Shown here: in pieces, positions 41,022 to 51,105 of the stretch | Position numbering within the stretch: position 1 is the stretch's first letter | Layout of the letters: each line of letters starts with the position of its first letter | DNA from: an uncultured Gemmatimonadales bacterium | Lineage (GTDB): Bacteria; Gemmatimonadota; Gemmatimonadetes; Gemmatimonadales; Gemmatimonadaceae | Assembly (NCBI GenBank): GCA_963851265.1 | Contig: CAWKNZ010000005.1 | Location: 96,001-160,000 of the forward strand | Direction: 5' to 3' | Length of the DNA: 64,000 nt | The notes under the pieces: model-generated | Database searches by the model: none | Told to the model about the DNA's origin: nothing | What the model saw: only the letters and a program-made list of their open reading frames with translations | Program-made: the position numbers and the translations under genes

Positions 41022-42116
41022 ATGGCCGCCCTCGCGCTCGCCCCCGCGCCTCCGCCGTCCGCCCCGCTGGCCGCGGTGCCGACGCTGCTCGCCCCCGACG
41101 AGCCCGCCCGCGTGCTCGTCGTCGACGACGAGCCGCGGCTGCGGCAGCTCGTCGTGCGCATCATGACGCGCGACGGGTTCGAGTGCCGCGACGCGGCCGA
41201 CGGCGCGGCGGCGCTGGAGGTGATGGCCGAGTGGCCGGCGCCGCTCGTGTTGAGCGACCTGCGCATGCCGGGCGTGGGCGGCGTCGACCTGCTGCGCGCC
41301 ATCCGCGAGCGCCACCCGGGCACGGCCGTCGTGATCATCACCGCGGTCGCCGACGTCGAGGTCGCGGTGCAGTGCCTCGCGATGGGGGCGATGGACTACC
41401 TCACGAAGCCGTTCCACCTGGAGGAGGTGCGCGCCCGCGTGCGGCAGGCGCTCGAACGGCGGCGGCTGCTGGTGGACAACCAGGCGTATCAGCGGGCGCT
41501 CGAGGTGCGGGTGGACGAACAGGCGCGCCGCATCGAGGCGCTATCGCTCGCGAGCATGCAGGCGCTGGCCGACGCGCTCGAGGTGAAGGACCCGTACACG
41601 CGCGGCCACTCGCTGCGTGTGGGGCGCTACGCGGCCGCGATCGGCCGCGCCATGGACGCCGGCGACGCGGTGATCGCCCAGCTCGAGCTCGGCGGTCACC
41701 TGCACGACCTCGGCAAGATCGGCGTCCGCGAGGAGGTGCTGAACAAGCCGGGCGCGCTCACCGACGCGGAGTACGCGCACATCATGACGCACCCCGTAAT
41801 CGGGTGGCGGCTGCTCAAGCCGCTCATGGACGACCGCCCGGCGGCGCTCGCCGTCGTCCGCTCGCACCACGAGCGGTGGGACGGGCAGGGCGGCCCCGAC
41901 GGTCTGGCCGGCCCCGCCATTCCCTACGAGGCGCGCGTGGCGACCGTGGCCGACTCGTTCGACGCGATGACGAGCCACCGCCCGTACCGCCGCGGGCTCA
42001 CCACCGAGGCGGCGGTCGCCGAGCTGCAGCGCTGCAGCGGCGCCCAGTACGACCCCGAGGTGGTGGCGGCGTTCGTCGACGCGGTGACCGCGGGCGACAT
42101 CGTGGTCGACCCGTGA
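41022..42116 (+). CDS. REC + HD-GYP response regulator (c-di-GMP phosphodiesterase-like)
   Basis: VVDDE, SDLRMP, KPF; TRGHS, HDLGKIG, HHERWDG and ADSFDAMTS.RPY motifs. Confidence 0.93.
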   Translation: MAALALAPAPPPSAPLAAVPTLLAPDEPARVLVVDDEPRLRQLVVRIMTRDGFECRDAADGAAALEVMAEWPAPLVLSDLRMPGVGGVDLLRAIRERHPGTAVVIITAVADVEVAVQCLAMGAMDYLTKPFHLEEVRARVRQALERRRLLVDNQAYQRALEVRVDEQARRIEALSLASMQALADALEVKDPYTRGHSLRVGRYAAAIGRAMDAGDAVIAQLELGGHLHDLGKIGVREEVLNKPGALTDAEYAHIMTHPVIGWRLLKPLMDDRPAALAVVRSHHERWDGQGGPDGLAGPAIPYEARVATVADSFDAMTSHRPYRRGLTTEAAVAELQRCSGAQYDPEVVAAFVDAVTAGDIVVDP

Positions 42117-42940
42117 GGGCGCCGGCCGACGGGGCGACCGAGGCCGGGACGACCGACGGCGCGAGGCGGCGCGCCCGCCGCGTGGCCGCGGCGGGCGCGC
42201 TCGCGGCGGTCGCGACGACGGGTGTCGCCTACGGCTGCGCGGGGCACATCGCGGGGCTGAACCCGGATCCCCGCGTGCTGAGCACCGACACCGCGTTCAC
42301 GAGCGGGGGCGCGCGCATCGCGGTCGAGCGGGTGGCCATCCCGGGCCCGGGGCGCCACCCCGCGGTGCTCGTCCTGCACCCCTCCGACGGCGTCGCGGGC
42401 AGCGGCGCGCAGTACGTGCGCCGCTACGCGCAGGTGCTCGCGAGCAACGGCTACGTCGCCTACGTCGTGCACTACTTCGACCGCACGGGCGACACGCGCA
42501 CCGACGACGCGCGCGAGGACGCCGAATTCCCCGTCTGGACGGCGACCCTCGAAGACGCGGTCACGTTCGCGCAGCACGACCCCGCCGTGAACCCGGCCCG
42601 CATCGGGGCGTTCGGCTACTCGCTCGGCGCGTGGATGGCGGTCGCGTTAGGCGCGGAGGACCGGCGGGTGGGCGCGATCGTCGGGATCGGCACGGGGATG
42701 TTCGACGCGCTCCGGCCGACGATCAAGCGCCTGCCGCCGACGCTGCTGCTGCACGGCCGGGACGACGACGTGGTACCGCTCGCGAAGGCGCTCGCGGTGG
42801 ACAGCACGCTCCGGCGGCTGGGGGTGGTGCACGGGTTGGTGGTCTACCCCGGGGAGAAGCACGGATTCGACGACCGGGTCGACCCCGCGGCGCGGGAGCG
42901 GACGGTGCGGTTCTTCAACCGCGAGTTACGCAGGCGGTAG
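42113..42940 (+). CDS. Dienelactone hydrolase-family alpha/beta hydrolase, probable lipoprotein
   Basis: GYSLG nucleophile elbow, HGRDDDVV and HGF motifs; signal ending VAYGC. Confidence 0.85.
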   Translation: MRAPADGATEAGTTDGARRRARRVAAAGALAAVATTGVAYGCAGHIAGLNPDPRVLSTDTAFTSGGARIAVERVAIPGPGRHPAVLVLHPSDGVAGSGAQYVRRYAQVLASNGYVAYVVHYFDRTGDTRTDDAREDAEFPVWTATLEDAVTFAQHDPAVNPARIGAFGYSLGAWMAVALGAEDRRVGAIVGIGTGMFDALRPTIKRLPPTLLLHGRDDDVVPLAKALAVDSTLRRLGVVHGLVVYPGEKHGFDDRVDPAARERTVRFFNRELRRR

Positions 42941-42963
42941 CGGCGGGGCTGCCTGCGGGACGG

Positions 42964-44427
42964 CTACGGCGTCACGTCGACCCACGTCGGCTGCTTGTAC
43001 GCCGCCAGCCGTTCCGCACACCACCGCTTCACCGCTTCGGGGTCCACCGCCCCCTCCACCGCCAGCGCGATGTCGTGTTCGCGCGCCGGGTCCGGCACCC
43101 CGCGCGCCGTCACCCGGCGCACCCCCGGCATCGCACCCACCACCCGCTCCAACTCGCGCGGATAGACGTTGAACCCGTTGCGGGTGAACATCGGCTTGCA
43201 CACCCCTTCGAACGTCACGTACCCCTCCGCGTCCGCCCGCCCGAGGTCGCCGGTGCGGAGCCACGACTCCCCGTCGCCGGCCGGCCACCGCCCGAGCCCG
43301 TCGGCGCCACGGCTGACGTAACCCGGCCCGACGTTGGGCCCGCGCACGCAGATCTCGCCGCGCGATCCGGTGGGGCACGCGGCCCCCGTCTGCGGGTCGC
43401 GGATCGCGACCGAGACCCCGGGGAAGGGGAGGCCTAACGTGCCGCGTCGGTTCGGGCGGTCGACGCGGTTGAAGAGGCAGACCGGCCCCGCCTCCGTGAG
43501 GCCGTAGCCCTGGCGCAGCTCCACCCCCGAGACCTCCGCCCACCGCTCCTGCAGGGCGACCGGGAGCGGCGCGCCCCCGCAGATGCACGTCCGCAGCGCG
43601 TGCTCGCCCAGCCCTCCCTTGCGCTCGGCCGCCTGGAGCAGCGCGGCGAACACCGCCGGCACGCCGACCAGGTACGTCACGCCCCCGCGCGCGATCAGGT
43701 CGACCGCCGTGATCGGGTTGAAGCGGGCCATCGTCGTCACCCGCCCCCCCGCGAGCAGCGGCGTCAGCCCCGAGACCACGAGCCCGAACAGGTGCGTGAA
43801 CGGGAGCACCGCGAGCGCGTGGTCGGCCGCGGTGACCCCCCCCGCCTCGACCGTCGCGCGCGCGTTGGCGAGCAGGTTGCGGTGCGTGAGCACCGCGCCT
43901 AACGCGCGCCCGCGCATCGCCGAGGTGTAGACCACCGCGGCCTCCTCGTCGCGCCCCTCGGCGTCGCGCGAGCCCTCGAGCGCGAGCGCGTCCCCCGCGT
44001 GCGCCGCGAGGTCGACGTCGCGCGCGGCGCCGTCGGCCGCGACCACGCGGGCCGCCGCGGGCGCGGCGTCGAGCAGCACGTGCACCGTGCCCGCGGGCAG
44101 GCGCGGCGCGAGCGCGGCGCTGGTGAACACGGCGCCCACGTCCGCGTCGGCCAACTGGTCGGCGACCTCGGGGCGGGCGGCGAGCGGGTTCACCAGCACC
44201 GCGCCACGCCCGTCGCACGCGGCGAGGGCGACGAAGAACGCGGGCGACGTCGGCAGCAGGATCGCCGCGCGTCGCCCGGCGAGGGCGCGCACGAGCGTGG
44301 CCGAGCGGCGGAGCAGCGTGAGCCCGGCGGCCGTCAACTGCGCCGCGTCGAAGGAGGCGTCGCCCGCGTCGATGCGACCGCCGGCCGCGGCGAGGGCGTA
44401 GGGGGTGACGGCGAGCGGGTCGGGCAT
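42964..44427 (-). CDS. AMP-binding (ANL) acyl-CoA synthetase-like protein with degenerate motifs
   Basis: LPFTHLFG, QGYGLTE and RTGDLG present; P-loop reads YTSAMRGRALG. Confidence 0.82.
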   Translation of the reverse strand: MPDPLAVTPYALAAAGGRIDAGDASFDAAQLTAAGLTLLRRSATLVRALAGRRAAILLPTSPAFFVALAACDGRGAVLVNPLAARPEVADQLADADVGAVFTSAALAPRLPAGTVHVLLDAAPAAARVVAADGAARDVDLAAHAGDALALEGSRDAEGRDEEAAVVYTSAMRGRALGAVLTHRNLLANARATVEAGGVTAADHALAVLPFTHLFGLVVSGLTPLLAGGRVTTMARFNPITAVDLIARGGVTYLVGVPAVFAALLQAAERKGGLGEHALRTCICGGAPLPVALQERWAEVSGVELRQGYGLTEAGPVCLFNRVDRPNRRGTLGLPFPGVSVAIRDPQTGAACPTGSRGEICVRGPNVGPGYVSRGADGLGRWPAGDGESWLRTGDLGRADAEGYVTFEGVCKPMFTRNGFNVYPRELERVVGAMPGVRRVTARGVPDPAREHDIALAVEGAVDPEAVKRWCAERLAAYKQPTWVDVTP

Positions 44428-44555
44428 GGGCGGGAGGCGAGAGCGTCGCGCCCCAAGGTAGCCGCGGCGTTGCGAGACTGCGCGCGGCACCCGGCGCGCA
44501 TACCTTCTGTGCGCTGTTCGACCGATCCGCCCCACCCGCTTCCCCGTTCGTTCCG

Positions 44556-45960
44556 ATGGCGTATGAAGGTTTGATGGTCAGTGTGTCCGGCGTCCGCGGG
44601 CGCGTGGGGCAGGGGCTCACCCCCGAGGTGGTGGCGCGGTTCGCGGCGGCGTTCGGCGCGTGGGCGACCGCGCGCCACGCGGCGCAGGGCGGCGCGCGGA
44701 CGGTGGTCGTCGGGCGGGACAGCCGCGTGTCGGGGCCGCTCTTTCAGCGCGTCGTCGTTTCCGCCCTCGAGTCGGTGGGCGCGCGCGTGATCGATCTCGG
44801 GATGACCACGACGCCGACGTGCCAGCTCGCCGTCGAACACCACCACGCGGCGGGCGGGCTGATGATCTCGGCCAGCCACAACCCGATCGAGTGGAACGCG
44901 CTCAAGATGGTCGGGTCGACCGGGCTCTTCCTCGACGCCTCCGAGGGCGCGGAGATGCGCGCCGGCATGGAGCAGGGCACGCGCTACGCGACGTGGGACC
45001 AGCTCGGCTCGGTGGTCGCCGACGAGGAGGCCGCGCGGCGGCACGTCGAGCAGGTGCTGGCGCTCCCCTACGTCGACGTCGCGCGCATCCGCGCGCGCGG
45101 ATTCAAGGTGGCCCTCGACGCCTGCCGCGGCGCGGGCGCGGTCGTCATGCCCTACCTGCTGGAGCGGCTCGGCTGCGTGGTGACGGCGGTCAACATGGAG
45201 CCCGACGGACGCTTTCCGCGTCCGCCCGAGCCGGTCGCGGAGAATCTGGGCGAGCTGGAGGCGCTCACGCGCGCGGCCGGGGCCGACGTGGGGTTCGCCG
45301 TCGACCCCGACGTGGACCGCCTCGCGCTCGTCGACGAGACCGGGCGCGCGATCGGCGAGGACTACACGCTCGCGCTCGCGGCGCGCCTCGTGCTGGCGCA
45401 CAAGTCGGGCGTGGTCGTGACCAACCTGTCGACGAGCCGCGTGGTCGACGACGTGGCGGAGGCGGCGGGGAGCCGGGTGATCCGCGCGCCGGTGGGCGAG
45501 GTGAACGTGGCCGTGCGGATGCGCGAGGAGGGGGCGGTGGTGGGCGGCGAGGGGAACGGCGGCGTGATCCTGCCCGAGCTGCACCTCGGGCGCGACGCGC
45601 CGCTCGGCGCGGCGCTCGTGCTGCAGTTGCTCGCCGAGGCAGGACCGGCCGCTCTCGGCCGTGGTCGCTGACCATCCGCGGTATGCGATCGTCAAGGACA
45701 AGCTCGACCGCCCGAACGCGCCACTCGACGCGGTGTATGCCGCGCTGGGCGCCGCGTTCCCCGACGCGACGCGCGACACGCAGGACGGGCTCCGGCTCGC
45801 GTGGCCCGACCGCTGGGTGCACGTACGGCCGAGCGGCACCGAGCCGATCGTGCGCGTGATCGCGGAAGGGCCGACGGAGGCCGACGCGCGCGCGCTCGTG
45901 GCGCGGTCGCGCGTGCCGCTCGACGCGCTCGCGCAGGATCTGCTCGCCTCATCAACCTGA
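44556..45960 (+). CDS. glmM: Phosphoglucosamine mutase (one extra base near 45638)
   Basis: SASHNP, DPDVDR and GGEGNGG in 44556..45671; C-terminal domain (DG.R..W.HVRPSGTEP) in the next frame; adjacent to glmS. Confidence 0.87.
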
Positions 45961-45968
45961 TAACGCAT

Positions 45969-47795
<1,827 letters not shown>

Positions 47796-47884
47796 GCCCG
47801 GGCGGGCGTGGAGGCCCGCCCGTCACCGGCCACAGATGGAGAGCGTCCGACTCCGGAACCGCCCTGCGGTGCGCCGACGCGATC

Positions 47885-47973
47885 CCAGTCGCCGGACGTG
47901 AGACGCCACTGACCGCGCGAACTCGTCCGTTCGTCGGTTCCCCATGGCCGTGCCCACCCGGGCGGCGTAGTCT
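47885..47973 (+). promoter_or_regulatory. Putative LytTR-dependent promoter of the kinase/regulator operon
   Basis: Boxes CCAGTCGCC (47885), CCACTGACC (47906), CCGTTCGTC (47927) at a 21-bp period; -10-like TAGTCT at 47968. Confidence 0.6.
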
Positions 47974-47979
47974 CCGCGC

Positions 47980-50025
47980 ATGTCCCGCGCATCCGCGCTG
48001 ACGGCACTCGTTCACCTCGCCGGTTTCGGCACGGGCGCGGCGCTCTACGCGATGCTCGGCGTGATGGCCGTGCGGAGCGCGCCGCGTTCGTCGGCGCGCG
48101 GCGATCGCCTGCCGATCGCGACCGCCCTCCTCGGCGTCGCGTGGAACGCGGGCGCGCTCGTGCTCTACTCGCTGCACGACCTCGCCCTCGCGCCGGTGAT
48201 GCATGCGGGGCCGTGGTTCACCGCGCTCGGCGTCGTCGCGTTCGCGGCGCTCGGGTTCCTGCCCGCGGTCGCCGTGCAGGCGGCGGCGCAGCCCATCCCG
48301 CGCGCATTCCGCCGCTGGCTCGTGGGCGCGGCCTACGCGCTGAGCGCCGCGGCCGCGGTGCAGCACGCGTGGGCCGGCGTGGCCACCGACACGGTGCCGT
48401 CGCGCGCCGCGCTGCTCACACTCACCGTCGGCTACGTGGCGTCGCTGCCGGTGCTCGCGTTGGCGCTCCGCGGGCGCCCCGGCGGGCGGGCGCCGTTCGT
48501 CGCGGCCGCCCTCGCCGCCTTCGCGGTCGCCGCGCTGCACCTGCGACATCACACCGCGGGCGAGTCACTCGCCGCGCACGTGCTCGGCGACCACGCGTCG
48601 CTGCCGCTCGCGCTCGTGGTCCTCTACCAGGACTATCGCGTCGCGTTCGCGGACCTGTTCCTCAAGCGTGCACTCGCCGCGCTCGCGCTCGTCGTGTACG
48701 CGGTCGTCGCGTACCTCGTCGTCGTCGTGCCGGTCGTCCTCCCGCGGCTCGCCGCGAACCCGGCGGACCCGCTCGGGGCCGTGGTCTTGGCGGGCGTCGT
48801 CGGGACGCTGCTCGCGCTCGCGCCGCGCGCGCGGCGTGGAGCGGCGGCCGTCGTCGACCGGGCGATCCTGCACCGACCCGACGCCGTCGTGGCGCGGCGC
48901 GCGCTCGCCGCGGGCATCGCCGAGGCGCAGAGCGCGGAGGCGGTGCTCGATGCCGCGACGGCGCACCTTGCCCCGGCGCTCCCGGCCGGCGCCGTCACCT
49001 GGAAGCGGCGGGACGACGACGCGCACGCACTGGGGCACACGGGCGTGCGCACCGACGCGCGCGGCCGCGAGGCGACGGTCGACGTCCCGACCGCCGACGC
49101 GCCCGGGTACGTCGTGCACGTCGGCTCGCTCCCCGCGGGGCGACGGCTGCTCTCCGACGACCTCGCGCTCCTGGAGTGGGCGGCGCTCCTCGCGGCGCGC
49201 CGCATCGACCTCGTCCGCGTCGCGCACGAACGGTACGAGCGCGAAGCCCGCGAGCGCGAGACGGCGCAGCTGGCGACGGAGGCCGAGTTGCGCGCACTCC
49301 GCGCGCAACTCAACCCGCACTTCCTCTTCAACGCGCTCACCACGATCGGCTACCTCGTGCGGGCCGCGCCCGAGCGCGCGGTCGCCACCGTCTACGACCT
49401 GACCGAGTTGTTGCGCGCCGCCCTCCGGCCGACGACGGGCCACACGGTGCCGCTCGCCGAGGAGCTCGCGATGGTGGACGCGTATCTCGCCATCGAGCGG
49501 GCGCGCTTCGAGGAACGGCTCAGGGTCGTCGTCGACGTGGACGCGGCGGCGCGGGGCGCTTCGGTGCCGCCGCTGCTCGTGCAGCCGCTGGTCGAGAACG
49601 CGGTCCAGCACGGGATCGCGCCGCTCGCCCGCGGCGGCGAGGTGTGCGTGTGGGCCCGCGTCGAGGGGGAGGGCGCGCAGGCGCGCCTGCACGTGCGCGT
49701 GAGCGACACCGGGGCCGGGGCGGACGCGGGACGGCTCGCGGCGCGGCGCGCCGCAGGGTTCGGCCTGCAGAGCGTGGAGCGGCGGCTGGATCGACTCTAC
49801 GGCGCAGCCGCGACATTCCGGTTCACCTCGCGCGCGGGCGACGGAACGACCGTCGCCCTGCACATCCCGCTGACGGCCCCGTCGCTCCCCGCCCGGAGCA
49901 CGTCGCCGGCCGGCGCGCAGTTAGGCGGCGAGGTGCGTGCCACGGCTCCTGCCCGCGCGGCCGATCCCGAGGTGGGCGGGAGTTCGCGCGCGAGTGGCGG
50001 GCGCACGCGGCGGGTCGTCACGTGA
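47980..50025 (+). CDS. LytS/YehU-class sensor histidine kinase with multi-TM N-terminal domain
   Basis: LRAQLNPHFLFNAL H-box, QPLVENAVQHG, DTGAG and GFGL motifs. Confidence 0.92.
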   Translation: MSRASALTALVHLAGFGTGAALYAMLGVMAVRSAPRSSARGDRLPIATALLGVAWNAGALVLYSLHDLALAPVMHAGPWFTALGVVAFAALGFLPAVAVQAAAQPIPRAFRRWLVGAAYALSAAAAVQHAWAGVATDTVPSRAALLTLTVGYVASLPVLALALRGRPGGRAPFVAAALAAFAVAALHLRHHTAGESLAAHVLGDHASLPLALVVLYQDYRVAFADLFLKRALAALALVVYAVVAYLVVVVPVVLPRLAANPADPLGAVVLAGVVGTLLALAPRARRGAAAVVDRAILHRPDAVVARRALAAGIAEAQSAEAVLDAATAHLAPALPAGAVTWKRRDDDAHALGHTGVRTDARGREATVDVPTADAPGYVVHVGSLPAGRRLLSDDLALLEWAALLAARRIDLVRVAHERYEREARERETAQLATEAELRALRAQLNPHFLFNALTTIGYLVRAAPERAVATVYDLTELLRAALRPTTGHTVPLAEELAMVDAYLAIERARFEERLRVVVDVDAAARGASVPPLLVQPLVENAVQHGIAPLARGGEVCVWARVEGEGAQARLHVRVSDTGAGADAGRLAARRAAGFGLQSVERRLDRLYGAAATFRFTSRAGDGTTVALHIPLTAPSLPARSTSPAGAQLGGEVRATAPARAADPEVGGSSRASGGRTRRVVT

Positions 50026-50954
50026 CGTCGTCCGGATCTGGTGCCGCACCGGAGCGCGCCGACACCCCGCGGCGCGACCCCGGAAGCACGCTCCGGGTCG
50101 TGGTCGCTGACGACGAGCGGCCGGCGCGCTCCTTCCTGGTCGCGCTCCTTCGCGGGTCGCCGGATGTCGAGGTCGTCGGCGAGGCGGCCGACGGCGCGGA
50201 GGCGGTGGCGGTCATCGAGCGCACCCGCCCGGACCTCGCCCTCCTCGATCTGCAGATGCCCGAACTCGACGGGCTCGGCGTCGTGCGTGCGCTCGAACGC
50301 GCGCTCAAGCGGGACGCTTCGCCGCGTGCGCAGGGGTTGCCGGTGGCGCTGCCGCTCGTCGCGTTCGTCACGGCGTACGACGAATACGCGGTCCGCGCCT
50401 TCGACGTGCACGCGGTCGATTACCTGCTCAAGCCCGTCGACGGGCCGCGGCTCCGGCGCACCCTGATGCGGGCGCACGAACGCCTCGAGCGGGCCGACGT
50501 GCGGGCGGACGCCGAAGTGCGGCTGCGCGCGGCGATGGCGGCGCTCGCCGGGCAGGGCGCGGAGGTCGCCGCGGCGCCCGAACCCGTCGAGCGCCCGCGC
50601 GTGCGGCGCGCGGGGGCGCCGCTCGACCGCATTCCGGTGCGGCGGCGCGACGACGTGCTCCTCGTCCCGGTCGCGCAGGTGCTCGCCGTCGTCGCCGACG
50701 GGGAACTCCTGCACGTGCACACCGTCGGCGGCGAGCGGCACACGATTTCGTACCGCCTCAAGGATCTCGAAGTCCGCCTCCCCGCGGGGGCGTTCGTGCG
50801 CCTGTCGCGCGGCGCGCTCGCGCGCGTCGACGCGATCCGCGTCGTGAGCCCGATGCCGGGCGGCACGTACGTCGTCACCCTCGCGGGGGGCATGCAGATC
50901 CCCGTGAGCCGGCTCCGCTCGCGCTACGTCCGCGACCGGCTGCTGCGGCTGTAG
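50022..50954 (+). CDS. LytTR-family response regulator
   Basis: ADDE, LDLQMP, TAYDEYAVRAF, DYLLKP and C-terminal 'FVRLSR..IPVSR'; GTG overlaps the kinase stop. Confidence 0.92.
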   Translation: MTSSGSGAAPERADTPRRDPGSTLRVVVADDERPARSFLVALLRGSPDVEVVGEAADGAEAVAVIERTRPDLALLDLQMPELDGLGVVRALERALKRDASPRAQGLPVALPLVAFVTAYDEYAVRAFDVHAVDYLLKPVDGPRLRRTLMRAHERLERADVRADAEVRLRAAMAALAGQGAEVAAAPEPVERPRVRRAGAPLDRIPVRRRDDVLLVPVAQVLAVVADGELLHVHTVGGERHTISYRLKDLEVRLPAGAFVRLSRGALARVDAIRVVSPMPGGTYVVTLAGGMQIPVSRLRSRYVRDRLLRL

Positions 50955-50957
50955 GGA

Positions 50958-51046
50958 CCGACCACCGCGCGCGCGCCACCAGTGGTGGCCGCGGGACGAC
51001 CATTCGTCGGAGTGCGTGCGGGGGCTCGGGCGGCGTGCGCGATACT
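50958..51046 (+). promoter_or_regulatory. Putative LytTR-dependent promoter of the TonB receptor
   Basis: Boxes CCGACCACC (50958), CCAGTGGTG (50979), CCATTCGTC (51000) at a 21-bp period; -10-like GATACT at 51041. Confidence 0.58.
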
Positions 51047-51105
51047 GCACCGGCCGGCACGCGCACCTGTGCGCACGCGTCGGTCTCCTCGTCCCGTTGG
51101 CGCTG

